Assembly: GCA_028534125.1 (NCBI GenBank)
Contig: CM052817.1
Coordinates: forward strand, 86,554,001-86,618,000
DNA from: Lama glama
Taxonomy: Eukaryota
Length of the DNA: 64,000 nt
Reading direction: 5' to 3'
Made by a program: the position numbers and the translations under genes
Notes under the pieces: model-generated
Told to the model about the DNA's origin: nothing
Seen by the model: the letters and a program-made list of their open reading frames with translations, nothing else
Database searches by the model: none
Part shown: one piece after another, positions 1 through 11,994 of the stretch
How positions within the stretch are numbered: position 1 is the first letter of the stretch
Layout: every line of letters begins with the position of its first letter

Positions 1-480
1 GGGGTCTCTTTCTGTTTCTGGTCGGCATATCTAGTGCTCAGATTTTGGTTTCTAATATCACTCCTCAATAAAAAGAACGGGGATCTCTTGGAGAAATGAT
101 TGATTCTAGAACTGTAGCAAGAAATATGCAAGATGAGCCTAGAGGATCTTGTAGCGCCAGAAAGCAATGAAGTACTTACAACCAGCTGACCAATGAGCAA
201 ACTTACATGATTAATATGTTGAAGTGGCAGAAGAGCCAAATGAAAACATCTCCAAAGGCCAGAAGTGAAACAATTTAAGCAAGAAAGTAATAACTATTTG
301 ATTACAATCCAAAGTATAAAATAAATATCCTGTAGTACGTGCTGACACAAATAAATGATTGACTGAATCAATAAAATACAGAAGAGGAGACAAATACCCT
401 ACACAGAAGAGTTGCAAGTTATGCAGACTCCACTCTAAATGCAGGAGACAATAATATCCTGCTTCTTTAGTGTGATGTGA
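1..480 (+). mobile_element. Old LINE-1 3' region fragment (L1MC/L1MD-like)
   Basis: Resembles remembered L1M 3' UTR consensus text, e.g. cagattttggtttctaa...ggagaaatgattgattctagaact...aagatgagcctaga. Confidence 0.7.
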
Positions 481-948
481 ACACAAAAGGTACAGTACAA
501 AAAAGGGAAATGTAATATATACTACCCAGGAAAGCCAGTGTTATTCCATTTGGATTTATCATTGTATGAATTATGTTACAAATGAGAAATACAGTTTTTA
601 CTGGGGATAGAGTTAGGAAATGCAGTCATGACTTTTAAAATCTCAGGCAGAATGTATGTCTTTTTGACAGTCTTTGCTTTATTCACAGTGACTGGCATAA
701 GTACTTACTAATTGACTTAAATTAGTTTGTATTCAAAAATCAAATGATAATTATTTGAAGTAAGTCATAAAAACTCATGTCTTGTTTGAGAACATGTAGG
801 AAGTTAAAATGATTCAAAATTCATGAGGCCTCTCCACAGTCATAAAAAGGAACTAGTGACTTGGAAGAACTGAGAAATAGAAAAAAAATGCAGGAATTAC
901 GTTTTTTGCATACTAAATAAAATTTGAAAGTCTTAATAAATAAAATTC

Positions 949-1435
949 TGACTGGAAACCATATGTTGCTAACAAGATGCCTTCCTTGAGCAAACTTTAG
1001 TCATATTCCTGTGAGTGACTTTCTCAGCGAGGACTCTACCTTCAAACTCCTACATTCATCTTTGTATCACTTAATGTTAAAAATCCTGCTAATCAATTTT
1101 GCAAGAATCCCCATTCTCCATATCTGATTAGATTTCTCATTCTGTACCCTTGGTATCAGTTCCCCTTGTCCTGCCTTCAGCATAAATCCTGTCAAGTCAG
1201 TGTAGCCAGAATTCCCCCTTATTCTTGCTGCTTCCTTTCAGTAAATTTTCCATCCACTGACCCTTACCGTGCTTCTTGATTATAAATCTCCACTTGGCCT
1301 TGCTGTATTTGAAAATGGGTGCAGTTCTAGACTGATGTCTCTTTTCACCTGTAGCAATAGTCCTGAATAAATAGTCCCATTTTTACTGCTTTAATTACTG
1401 TCTGGATAAGATTTTTTTCCCTTGATACTTCCAAC
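949..1435 (+). mobile_element. ERV1-class solo LTR (MER31/MER67-like)
   Basis: ccttgagcaaactttagtca, repeated aagaatcc/agaattcccc units, gcaatagtcctgaataaa polyA signal; about 490 bp. Confidence 0.65.
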
Positions 1436-1793
1436 AAAGAGAAGAGTGATATGTTTGTGACTAAAAAATATATATATATATATTTAATGCAAATCCTCTA
1501 ATTACACCTGGATAGATAACACAAAGCAATAGACAGTTGAGAAAGCAAAGAAGCACCATATGGTCTTTTTCTCTGTTGTAGTTGTATTTTAAAACATATA
1601 TCCAGACAGAGAAACTTGCTTCACTGGAGCAAAATATGAGTTTTGAAAATGAAATCTAGGTTTTCAAAGCAATTTATACCGAACTTGAAGACATACCTTG
1701 TAAGAAGTCACTGAAACAAACAAACAAAAATAATAATAATAATAATAAAAAAGAAAGAAAGAAAAGAAAGGCAAGTTAGTTACTCTTCTAGAA

Positions 1794-1948
1794 CATTGTT
1801 TCTCAACGAATAGATATAGACATCTGAATTTGAGTCACCTAGTAGTGTAGTCATTTAAAAGAAGCATTTCTGGACTCCACACCAGTCAACTAATTCAGAA
1901 CAGCTCAGGACATTTTTTTTTTTTGTACCTGGGTTAAGAACCACTTTT
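1794..1948. mobile_element. MER5-type hAT-Charlie MITE remnant
   Basis: Ends cattgtttctcaa...ttaagaaccact; internal gagtcacct and ccagtcaactaattcagaa. Confidence 0.5.
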
Positions 1949-3151
1949 CAAGGGCCATCAAATTGCTAACCTAAAAAGAAATACTCCATTAATTCCACAA
2001 CCACTATTATAACACACAGGTGGCCCTGAAATACAGATTTTTGTGAAGAATAATAATGTGTTTGAATGATAGTACTGATTAAATTTGTAGACCAATTATT
2101 CATCTTTTTATTTCAAGTTTTCCATATAAGTACAGAACTTAAGTAGAAATTTCCTATAAGTCTGATAATACTTTGTTGTCCTCTTTGTATCCTTTTCCCC
2201 TGATATTAACTATCTAGTCATACTTTCATGCACTAATAATAGCAATTGAAGGCATTTACTTTTTGAAGCAGTAGAGCAGTAGTTGTAATTATATTACTTT
2301 TCCTATAAATAACATAGGGATTGATGCCTTTATGATGAAAATGAACCCAAGTGATTGAATATTTATGAATTGGAATCTTTTTGGAAGAGAAGATGACAGC
2401 ATTGAAAACATGCAATTACCAGAAATACCTACAGTGATTAAAATGTTAATTAATGACAGTTTCTTTTATTAGCATAAACAAAATCATACCACATATAGGA
2501 AAAATGAAATACTCTTATAATTTTTAAAACTCAAATTTATTCAATCATTGAAGAAAATTTACTTTCAAATCAGATATGCCAAGGAAGAGAAATAGTCTGT
2601 TTTAACTCACTTCCAGACATTAAGTCACATAAAACTCATCATCTAATGCTAGTGTATCAAATCTATCTAATACACACAAATTAATATAAAACATTTTAAA
2701 GTTCCTGAAAAGTTGCCTCTTGTTATTCCTCAACATTAAAACCAAAATACTTTGGAATAATTCAGCAGCAATATTCAACACCAGTACTAAATTTATTCTA
2801 AGAATTTGCATGAAAATCAGTCTTCTAGACTAGAAAATATTTTTGTTCCAATTAGTTCAATATGTTAACTCAATATAATTTCCTATGTATTTGCATTGTT
2901 CCTTGAGTAATGTTTTTCTTTCTCTTTCTGGGTATTCTATCACAATTTAAGGTTTTAATCTGACTGTCAACCACTCGAGAGTTTCTTTAATGTATCTCAA
3001 TAATTAGGGGTTAACATAGTTTAAAGTATAGGTTCCATTCTAATATTTTATTATATGGTTATTTCACTTTAGGATAAAATAATTCTGATATAGTGGGATG
3101 TTATTGTCACATTTTAAACCCAATTTGTTATGAGTACATCTGATATAAGAC

Positions 3152-3637
3152 ATTCATTGTTTGCTCATAGCAGCATTATTTACAGTTGCCAAGACATGGA
3201 AATAACCTAGGTATCTATCAACAGATTAATGGATAAAGAAGACGTGATGTGTACACACACACACACACACAATGCAATACTACTCAGACATTAAAAAGAA
3301 TGGATTTTGCCATTTGCAGCAAAGGACTTGGGAGGCTTCATGCTAAGTGAAATAAGTCAGACAGAGAAAAACAAGTGTATGATGTCAGTTATATGTGAAA
3401 TCTAAATATATACAACAAACTATTGAACATAACAAAAACGAAACAGACTCACAGATGTAGAGAACAAACTAGTGATTACCAATGGAGGGGAGGGACACAA
3501 TGTAGGGTTAGGGCATTGGGTGGTACAAACTGTTGGTTATAAGATAAGCTCAAGGATGTATTGACAACACAGGGAATATAGCCAATATTTGTAATAACTG
3601 TAAAAGGAAAGTAACCTTTCAAAACTGTATTAAAAAA
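3152..3637 (+). mobile_element. 5'-truncated LINE-1 (ORF2 end plus 3' UTR, cetartiodactyl type)
   Basis: catagcagcattatttacag, atgctaagtgaaataagtcagacagaga, cacagggaatatagccaata; possible TSD attcat(t/g)gtt. Confidence 0.85.
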
Positions 3638-3849
3638 TTCATGGTTCAGTAATTATCATATATCTTATGAGGTTCTCATTTATCTAGTAGAAGATATTTT
3701 TTGATACTTTCCTTCTGGAATCTCTTCTTAGTACAACATAGTCATTTCATGGATTGAGAATTATATACACGTCTACACATCATTGTACTTCATATTGAAA
3801 TGTCATATTCAGATACATAGTCTATTTCAAAATTTATCATTTCCTCGCT

Positions 3850-4400
3850 TTTCTTTTTTTCCAGTTTATATTCCAGGGTCCATCAGGTATGTCAATTCCT
3901 GCACACATCCTCAAACTCTTCACTTTGACCTAGAGCCCTATCAGACTTTTTACCTATAGTCCTGATCCTCTCTCCTCCCTTCCTTCACTTCTCTGCAGCA
4001 ATAACAATCTCATCGCTGTTACCCAGATAAGCCAAAGACTTTTACAAAGAATGTCCTTGCCCTTGATCTTCCTTCTTCCTGGAAACCTGTTTCCTGGTTT
4101 GAAAACCCACCTCCTTCTGATCTGTGATCACATGTCACTTTTAAAAGTAAAGACCCTCTGTGATGATATGATTTAAAAAAAAAAATGAAATACTCTCTTT
4201 CTTCCCTATCTACGTTATTTTCCTCCAGAGGCCTCATGACCATCTGGCTTACTGTTTATTCTTAGTGTTACATGTTGATTACCTTCTATGTGAAGGTAAG
4301 CAGCGGAAGAAAGTAGATTGTAGGTTTATTTATTTTCACTGCTTGAACTATGACACATTGTTTACACTCAAAAAAAAATTTTTTTTGAATAGATTAACTG
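3850..4400 (+). mobile_element. L2 LINE fragments
   Basis: Pyrimidine-rich L2-like 3' region ending in a tgaatagattaa-type tail. Confidence 0.45.
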
Positions 4401-6199
4401 AGATTTCCATTCCATTTGTTAACAGTTCTCCCTCACAAGGAAGCAGAAATACAAGATTACTAACAAGTTCTTTTGGACCAAAAAAATAATTTATTGAGTT
4501 CTTCTGATTTTTCAGTGGTTGAACTACACTTGTATTTCAACAAAAACTGTTTTAAATGTTATCTGAAACCACAGATCTATCCTTCAGCCCCTCTGAGTCT
4601 GATTTTTCTTACTGATTCAATAAAAGATAGAACCAGATGTTCTTTCAGTATACATCCATCTTAAATAGCGCAAAACAATATTGTGTTTTTAAAATCTGGT
4701 ACGTTCCTTTATAGGGCATATTTTATGAGTGATATGCTGAAACTCTTAGTATTCACTAATATTAGCTTAGATTTCTCTTTTTCTAAGAACTCTCCTTTAA
4801 TCTTCAGATGTTTGTTTTCTATGATGACGTTATGTATCCTCTAAGCAGTTTTCTGTTTACTTCTTATTTGCTTCAGAATCTCAGTACCTGTTAGGAGCAG
4901 TCGGCATCAGTTGTTAGTTGCTTTATGACTAGCACCTTTCGCAGAGCACAAAACGCAGTAGAAAATCAATCCATATGTATTAGTAATAGCTAACATTTAT
5001 TAAGCCTTTTCTGTAGGTCAGGCACCGTTCTGTTTCACATATATGACTTCATTTAACACTCGTAAAAATCCCACGGGTTTATTGCTGAATTAATGAAAGG
5101 AAAGAAAATTTGACATGGAGTTTGATAAACTTTTCAATTTATGAAATAGGTTGAGAACAAAATGATTTGACAAGAGACAGTGAAAAATTTGAAACTGAAA
5201 GAGAGGAACAGAGTAGACCAGAAAGCGAGAAAGGCCTTGAAATTCACTGTTAAAATAAGGAAACTTTATTTCTAACCTAAAGAAAAAAAAATAGGATGAT
5301 AGGATAAGAAGACGTTTGTTTTAGTTTGTATGGGGATACAGAGTTGGCTAAGGAAAAAGCAGTTTCCTCATGGAGAACTAAGAGAAGCTTAGGACAATTA
5401 CAATGGTTCCAGACAATGAAAAATACACATATAGAAAGTCTTAAATTATTGCTCTGGTGTTAAGTAAATCAAATTTGAGCTGTTTAACAGTCGTTATACA
5501 TTATGGCAACAGTGGAACTCCTGAGAGTTCAGCAATCATTTGGAAGTCGTCATGAATGGTAACAGCATGTAACTAAAATCTGTTGCAAAAGTGATGGGTA
5601 TTTTGCTAACCATTTCTGTTGTCTTCACAGCCGCTGCCCGGAGAGGCCCCATTTACTTACTGAGGTCATACAATTTTATCAGCTGGGATTTGAAATCTTA
5701 CCCATGTGACTTCAAATTCTGTGCTCTATTAACTAGGATTGTTTTTTTCAATATTTAAGCAACATGTTAATTAATTAATGTTAAATTAATTAATTAAAAA
5801 TCCTGAAAGGAAACAAGCAAGTGAAGGAGATAAAAGTTCTTTTGCTCCTTTTGAGCACCACAATAGAACCCCTCTGTTCCATGAAGACTAGCTTAATAAC
5901 AACTCTGTTAGCTATGCTTCCTTTTTTATGAAAGCTCATCTTCCTAAAAGATTCACAACACCCTCTTAGAAACTTAAAAACGTTATGTGAATATAAATAA
6001 AAATGCTATCATTACTTTAGGATAAAAGCACATCTGATATTAATTAAACAAAGAATAGCTATTCAATAAGCTAAATATATAATGTGTATAGCACAGACAG
6101 AATCAGCTAAACAATTGCTTCACTACCCCCAGCCCTGAATTCTGATACCTTCCGGCAAGACATTCTCTGAAAACCACTGTAATGAATGTGACTTGAGCT

Positions 6200-6390
6200 G
6201 GCTCCTGTCCACTGCTCACAAGTGGCACTACATACATTGTTTTTTCCCTCAGCCCTCTGTTGAGTGGCATCACATTGGTAGAAAGAAATCAGTCTCCACG
6301 GGAGAAAGTGCAACATGAAAATGGCAAATCCTGCAAGCCAGCGCTGTTTTTCCCGGAGAACCAGTTATCATTTGCCAGCACACCCGTGCA
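6200..6390. mobile_element. MER63-like hAT-Blackjack DNA transposon remnant
   Basis: Terminal ggagaaccagttatcatttgccagcacacc resembles the MER63 end. Confidence 0.45.
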
Positions 6391-7209
6391 CTCTGGTGTG
6401 CTCTTTAAAAAAATAAAAAGCAGTGAGAAGTAGTGGCATAAAATGGTTGAAAGTATTATGTTTCTTTATCTTACTTCAGAATATCTCACTTTAGAAACTC
6501 GTCCTTGACGTGTGAAAGAAACCCTGATGTTAGAAATTGCCATTGCATACAGGGTTGTGACAATGGACTAACTGGATTCAGAGTTTATTTATATAAATCC
6601 AAAGGTTTATAGTTGTAAGAGATTACTGTACTTTATGAACTGAAGTGAAATGAGTGTTATATTTCGTTTTCCCTAACTTTTCAATATGATTGATGTAGAC
6701 TCTTAATGTTGTTAATTTTATAAAATGTATTCATTTTTAAATAGATATACTTGTTAAGAAAGTGAAATCAAGGCAGCTGAAATGAATGCCTGAAATAACA
6801 CTAGACAGCCTGAGTTATTGGTCTGTGTAATGTTTGATTCTTTTATAGATTCTTGCATTTGTTTAGAAGTTCAAATATTCAAAAGCAAAAATAATCAATT
6901 ACAACTTGATGAGCAGTTGATAAAAATAGGTATATGTTTTTGAGTATGATCCATGGAATATGAACCCATATATTAAACCTTCAGTTTCTTTTATTTCAGT
7001 AAGCACCATTCAAACTTTAAGCTATTTAACTTTCAGCATTATAATAAATTAATACCTTATATTTAGATCTTGAATTCAGTAACTCTTGTAGATATGTTAG
7101 CCTCCTATTCATATTTCTGGGCCAAGATTTAGGTGGCAGGGTTAGAATTTAATATAATTATTATTTCATTGTCTTCACTCAACTTAGTAAAGTATCAGTA
7201 AATTTTTAC

Positions 7210-7460
7210 TTTTAGTAAAAGCAAACAAATACTGAGTTTTTAGTATATGCCAAGAAGTCTTTTAAGTGTTTTTCATATATCATGTCATTGAATACAAAAA
7301 CCAAATAAGATAGAATAGTTTCTCAGGTTTACTGGTGAAGAGACTGTGACAGAGAGTTACCGTTAAGGTGCCCATGCTTACATTTCTAGTAGCTGAGAGA
7401 ACTAAGGTTTGAACCAAATAGGATTACAGTGCACTTTGTTTTAACTACTAAACTATACTG
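7210..7460 (-). mobile_element. MIR SINE
   Basis: Core tttactggtgaagagactgtgacagagagtta...ggtttgaacc. Confidence 0.6.
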
Positions 7461-7461
7461 C

Positions 7462-7935
7462 TGTCAACAGAAATGATCAGCAAACAGTCCGTAATAGGAA
7501 TAGAAAAAAGTCTTGTTTGAGCCAAACTGAGAACTGTAGCTGGGGAGGTGGTTTCAGGAAGCACTTGAATTTTGTTCTGTCCAACTACGAAATGGGGGAG
7601 GCTCATATAGTCAAAAACTACAAAGTTACAGTTAGCTAGAGGAGTTGTTTATCCAGAATTAGAGTTGGAGCTGGCATGAAGTTAAGGGTACTTGTTAAGT
7701 AAGGATTGGCTGGGGCCCAAAATGATTGCATGGTTTCAAGGAGAAACCTTGAGACCATAAGGTTGCAGTTGACAGCTGATAGCAGATACTGTTTTGAGAA
7801 AAGCTGGTGGTGTCCCTGAGTTTGATACTGTTCAGAAAATTAGAGTTCTCAGTGATGTAGGAATGTATCTGAAACCACATCCACACTGGCCACCCAGCTC
7901 CATTTTGGAGACCTGAACCATAGTTAACTCTGTTT
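7462..7935 (-). mobile_element. ERV1-class solo LTR
   Basis: Begins tgtcaac, contains tttgagccaaactgagaactgtagc and ccattttg...gttaactc; about 470 bp. Confidence 0.6.
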
Positions 7936-8339
7936 TGAATTTTAAATGTATTTTTTCTTTAATGGTAAAAACAGTTGTGCAATGCATGTTTGACAAATTT
8001 AGACAGGCAGTTCTAGCTAACATAAAGTTCAATCCAAATCATGTATAAGCCAGAATGACTTCCCTATACCTCAACATGTGAAAATTTCTTCCATCACTGA
8101 GTATTAAATCATGTGGTAATTCACTTATTTGAAAGAAGATATGATAATTTAATAGCATGTAGATAGATAATGTGAAGCCATATATTTACTATTAAATTAA
8201 TTAGGAATACATTTAAAAAAATTAAAGGCCTTATTAGGAATAAATTTCAAAGTTTGATAATTAACAGTAAGTAATTTATTTTTCTGTGATTGTGAAATTT
8301 CTCTTTATTATTTGTATTTCTTTTTTAATTTGGCTTTTT

Positions 8340-10200
8340 AGAACAAGGCATACCCATTGTGATCCCAAACTGTATGAAGAATCTCTTACTTTGAAGAACA
8401 TTTAGACTTGATAAAGAGACTCGCATGTTACCCAGAGGTATTACACCTGGAGCTGCTTATAGTACTGCCTGGATGGGACTGTAGATTTTCACATGTCAGG
8501 AGCCATATAAGTGAGCTTCATATAGACATAGGTGTATTAAATTGTTTATTTGAAAAGGAGAATGTAAGTCAATGGCTTAAGAGCCAAAGGATCTAAGGCA
8601 GGATCATTGTTTCTATAGCATCCGTTGTATCCCTTGTTTGTTTGGAGGTGTGTGTGTGACTGGTAGATTGTTACCATAATTCAGAATGTTTATGTTTTTG
8701 CCCACATTCAGCCAGGCCTTGCAGCTTGGAATTTCCTTCTCTGAGTGCTTCTGAGAGAATAAACCCATAGCCACGCATACAGTCTTCCAGACAGCCAGGG
8801 AAGCATGGGACTTTATTTTATAATCTGGTGTCGTAGAAGTTGTCTCTGGATCAGTGTGGCTTATTGTTCAGCCTGTGTTGGCCAGAAGGTTTGCTTAAGA
8901 TTTTGTGCCAGTGAGGTTTCTACTGTTTGATGATAGGTTTGCAGCCTGGCAAAAGCTTTCAGTCTGCCCCTGTCCTTCTGTTCAGTCTGGTGCATGCATA
9001 GAATTCCCCAACTCGAGGTTGACTGTAATCCCAGGAAGGTTCTCCGTGGCCGTGTTCTCTGTGGGTTCTCCCCTGCTTGTTCCTGTTAAACTTCTGGGTG
9101 TTCTGCTGTCCTGCTTGTTGCTGTCAGTTTCATGGGGCCACTCGTACCCTCTGAACTGCTCTCCACCAGTGTCTCCATTCTCTTCAGCAGTGGTCTTAGG
9201 CATGACGTTCTTCCAGCTGTGCTCCATATAAAGTCAATATCCTCAAGCAAAACAGTGGAGCTCCTTGTCTTCATGGCCTGTCCCCCCATTAGGAGGGAAC
9301 TCTGCGCTAGGGACAGCAGCTGGCTTCTCCCAGAGTGACACCCCTCCATGGTCTACGAGCAAGCTCTGGGCTGTGTGGTAGCTCCTGGTCTTCTTAGCTT
9401 GCCTCCTTGTATGGTCAGGCCACTCAAGATGGCTGTTCTCTTGCTCTCTGTACATCCCCTGCTCGACCAGTGCCTACTTCATCTACACCCTACTCGCAGG
9501 ACTCACCTTCCTACCCACTTGCCCCAAGCTCAGCTGGTGATTTTTCTTATCAAAGGGGAGGTGAAGGGCGTGTGCCTCTGATGGTTTCCCTGGTAACCAA
9601 TGAGCCAGCCTAACGTCAATTCCCCCGTAACTGTTAACCTCGCCCGCCCCTTGCCACCATGCCCTGGCCACCCGTCCAGCACACACGGTGGTGAGTCATG
9701 CCAAGACCTTGCTTCAGGCACGTAAGATCCTCCTATCCGCTAAACCACTGATGCCTCTGTCACTGACTCCAGGCTCTTTCTTCCTTGGTGAAGCTGGGCC
9801 AGTAGGGGCCTTGTAGGCTTGTGGGGTGTCATCCACCACCCCTCTTTGGGTGGGACCTCTGCTCTAGGAATGGACTGAGGCTGTGACAGGGTTGGGGGCA
9901 ATCATTGCTCAATATTTCAGCCTGTGGCTCCTGAGGCAGAGCCTCTTCTCTAAGTGTACAGGTTTGGGCTGGTAAAGGGAGCCTGGGTCTTTCTGGCCAT
10001 ATCTGCATGGAATAAAGCTGTTCCAACATGGGCCTTGTTTGGGATGAGAAACCTTTCATCTGCTCTTATGAAGTGAAACTGTAGCGTTAGACTGGGGTTT
10101 GTGGAGGGGACAGAGGAAACCCTAGTCTTCTTGGTCACACTCACCTAGAATGGAGCACAAGAGTAGTACTCAAAACGACACTAGATATGTGCGGGAATAG
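8340..10200 (-). pseudogene. Candidate endogenous parvoviral VP1/VP2 capsid gene remnant (copy B), split by a solo LTR
   Basis: In order on the minus strand: ECDQED*GFL...KP and NP...F..ADERFL...ARKTQAPF (PLA2-like, 10143-9975), KRGGGGVSL across the LTR site, NVMPKTTAEEN...QF (~9200), DNF, PCF, WKTVCVAMGL (~8775), FSF...FNTP, YSPIQA...PGVIPLG (~8485-8431), WVC. One frame is nearly open: 6 stops in about 325 codons after removing the LTR. Confidence 0.5.
9349..9831 (+). mobile_element. ERV1-type solo LTR inserted in the candidate capsid remnant
   Basis: TG...CA ends, 4-bp TSD tcca at 9345-9348 and 9832-9835, CCAAT box (~9597), tgagtca AP-1 site, several retained CpGs; removing it rejoins one reading frame. 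Confidence 0.75.
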
Positions 10201-10499
10201 AGAATTTAATCTTCAGTTTCACACTTAAATTAGACTGAGAAACACTAGATTTAAATTTTAGTGACCTAAATCCCTGGTCTCAGTATGATCAGGACAAACC
10301 ATTTAATCCTCCAGGCTTCAATTTTTGATTTAGAAAACAGAAAATTAGATATGACTAATTTCTTATGTCATAAATATAACTACAAGTTCTATATTTTTAG
10401 TTACCAATTAAATACAATTCATAAATAGCTCTGATGTTCTATTTCAGGTTTATTCATTTGTTTATATTTGACTTTCTGCTATGGTCATAGCATAGGCTA

Positions 10500-11210
10500 C
10501 AAACACATTCCAGCAACCATTGTAGGAAATTACCTTTGGTTTCTGGATTATAATTTTAGATGTATACATTTAAACTGAAGTTATACTATTAAGACTGATC
10601 AAATACATCTCCAAAATAAAGAACACCAACAGAATAATTTGGAATTAAGGGGGAAAAGAATCAGGCAGTTTGAATACTAAGAGTTATAGACGTTTCACTC
10701 TAACCCTGAAAACTGAACAGGTTAATTTATCAATTACTTATTCATTTGACTGACTGCTAAATTATGTTATACTATAATTTAAATATTTAAAGTCTTTTCA
10801 CAGTAAGAAGTACTTGGGGAGTAAAAACTCCATCATTATGCATAAATGCATATTGTGAAGATTTCAATTACACTGAAGCTCTTTGACCCTCAATTCAAAG
10901 TGTTTTAATGATATTTTGCTAATTGAATCCTCATATAAAACTCAGTAGTTTGTTGCTATCTGAGTTTGAATATACAGCATCAAACACATCATATGTTCAT
11001 TCTAGCATCCCATTGTATTTTGTTGCTGAATACTAAAGCCACTTTTAACTAAAAGGGCAGATTGTACATACCTGCTATTGTTTGGAAAGGTTCAGAAGAA
11101 TACTTTTTAAGATTAATTCATATTTTGCATTTTATTTTAGAAAATCATTTCATACTTTAAATATTTTATTTGTCTATGTTCAGAAGAGTAAAAGGTTCAT
11201 GAATAAGGAA
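10500..11210 (-). pseudogene. Possible second parvoviral NS1 helicase remnant (copy B)
   Basis: FLIHEP (~11200; cf. VLFHGP), AGMYNLPF (~11065; cf. VGCYN...NFPF), SNKIQW (cf. TNKNLIW), MRI, FLQWLLE (~10515); weak individually but in order and directly upstream of the copy B VP1 region. Confidence 0.3.
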
Positions 11211-11429
11211 TAAATAAACTGAAAAATTATAAACTTATACAATAGATTTAACTAATAAGTATGCTACCTACTATAGACCTTAAATTAAGATACTGTCCAC
11301 TTTCACAAGGTATTTTCAATATAGAAGACAGTAATATGAACATAAATACATATGACGTTCCCAATTTGAAATTTAAATAGGAAAAAATGGAACATTAAGA
11401 TTTGAAAAAATTCTTGCTAGTCGTTAGTT

Positions 11430-11800
11430 ATTGATTCATTTAATTGAAAAAATATTAAGAGCCCATTTCATGCCAGACACTTCGCCCAGGAGCAGGAGAT
11501 GCCCTTAAAATTGCCAGTTTGTGTAGAAACAGAAAAAAAAATTATAAACCATATTAAAGAGTAATATTTGATGACACAGTGATATAAAATGTGCTCATGC
11601 AATTTAGAAAATGTTACATTCGAACTCTATTTTGAAGGATGAATTGGAAGATTCATCAACAGTAGGCAAATCGAGATGTGTAATTCAAAGCAGAAGGAAC
11701 AGTGTTAGTATTGGCAGAGGGTTGCATAAGCGATTTGGATGCTATTAAAAGAAAATTTGGCTTTATTCTGTAGAAAATTATGTATCATTGTCAGTAATTA
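11430..11800 (-). mobile_element. L2 LINE fragment
   Basis: attcatttaattgaaaaaatattaagagcccatttcatgccagacac is the L2 3' end in reverse. Confidence 0.5.
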
Positions 11801-11994
11801 TCAGACAAATCATTTAAATTGGATAATAAAATGCTCAGACCAAGTTTTTTTTTCTTTTTTTTAATAGGAAGCAAAAAAGGATTTTAAATTTATCTTAGTC
11901 ATTGACATAGCAGTCTGTTGTATGCAATTTGCTTTGCTTTACTTGGCAAAATTAGCATGAAATGTCACATCAGTAGATCTTTAGAATAATAAAA

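Noticed and set aside
5765..5800. (TTAA)n dyad, also at 14608-14628
   Set aside because: Low-complexity slippage; too simple to call a viral terminal hairpin.
8660..9110. SLTGTSRGEPTEN and NIN...NLPVT matches to CPV surface loops
   Set aside because: They match variable loops and conflict with the collinear alignment, so they were not counted as evidence.
9243..9300. GTGHEDKE similarity to bornavirus N (GIGHEKD)
   Set aside because: A single short motif with no continuation.
9350..9455. HLEWPD and TAQSLLVD resembling VP2 HLNMPE and TPWSLVD
   Set aside because: They fall inside the TSD-bounded LTR, so they are probably chance matches. This shows that short by-eye matches can mislead and is why the viral calls have only moderate confidence.
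9336..9831. 9-bp inverted repeat tgacacccc/ggggtgtca as alternative element ends
   Set aside because: No TSD at those ends, whereas the 9349 start gives a 4-bp TSD and restores the reading frame.
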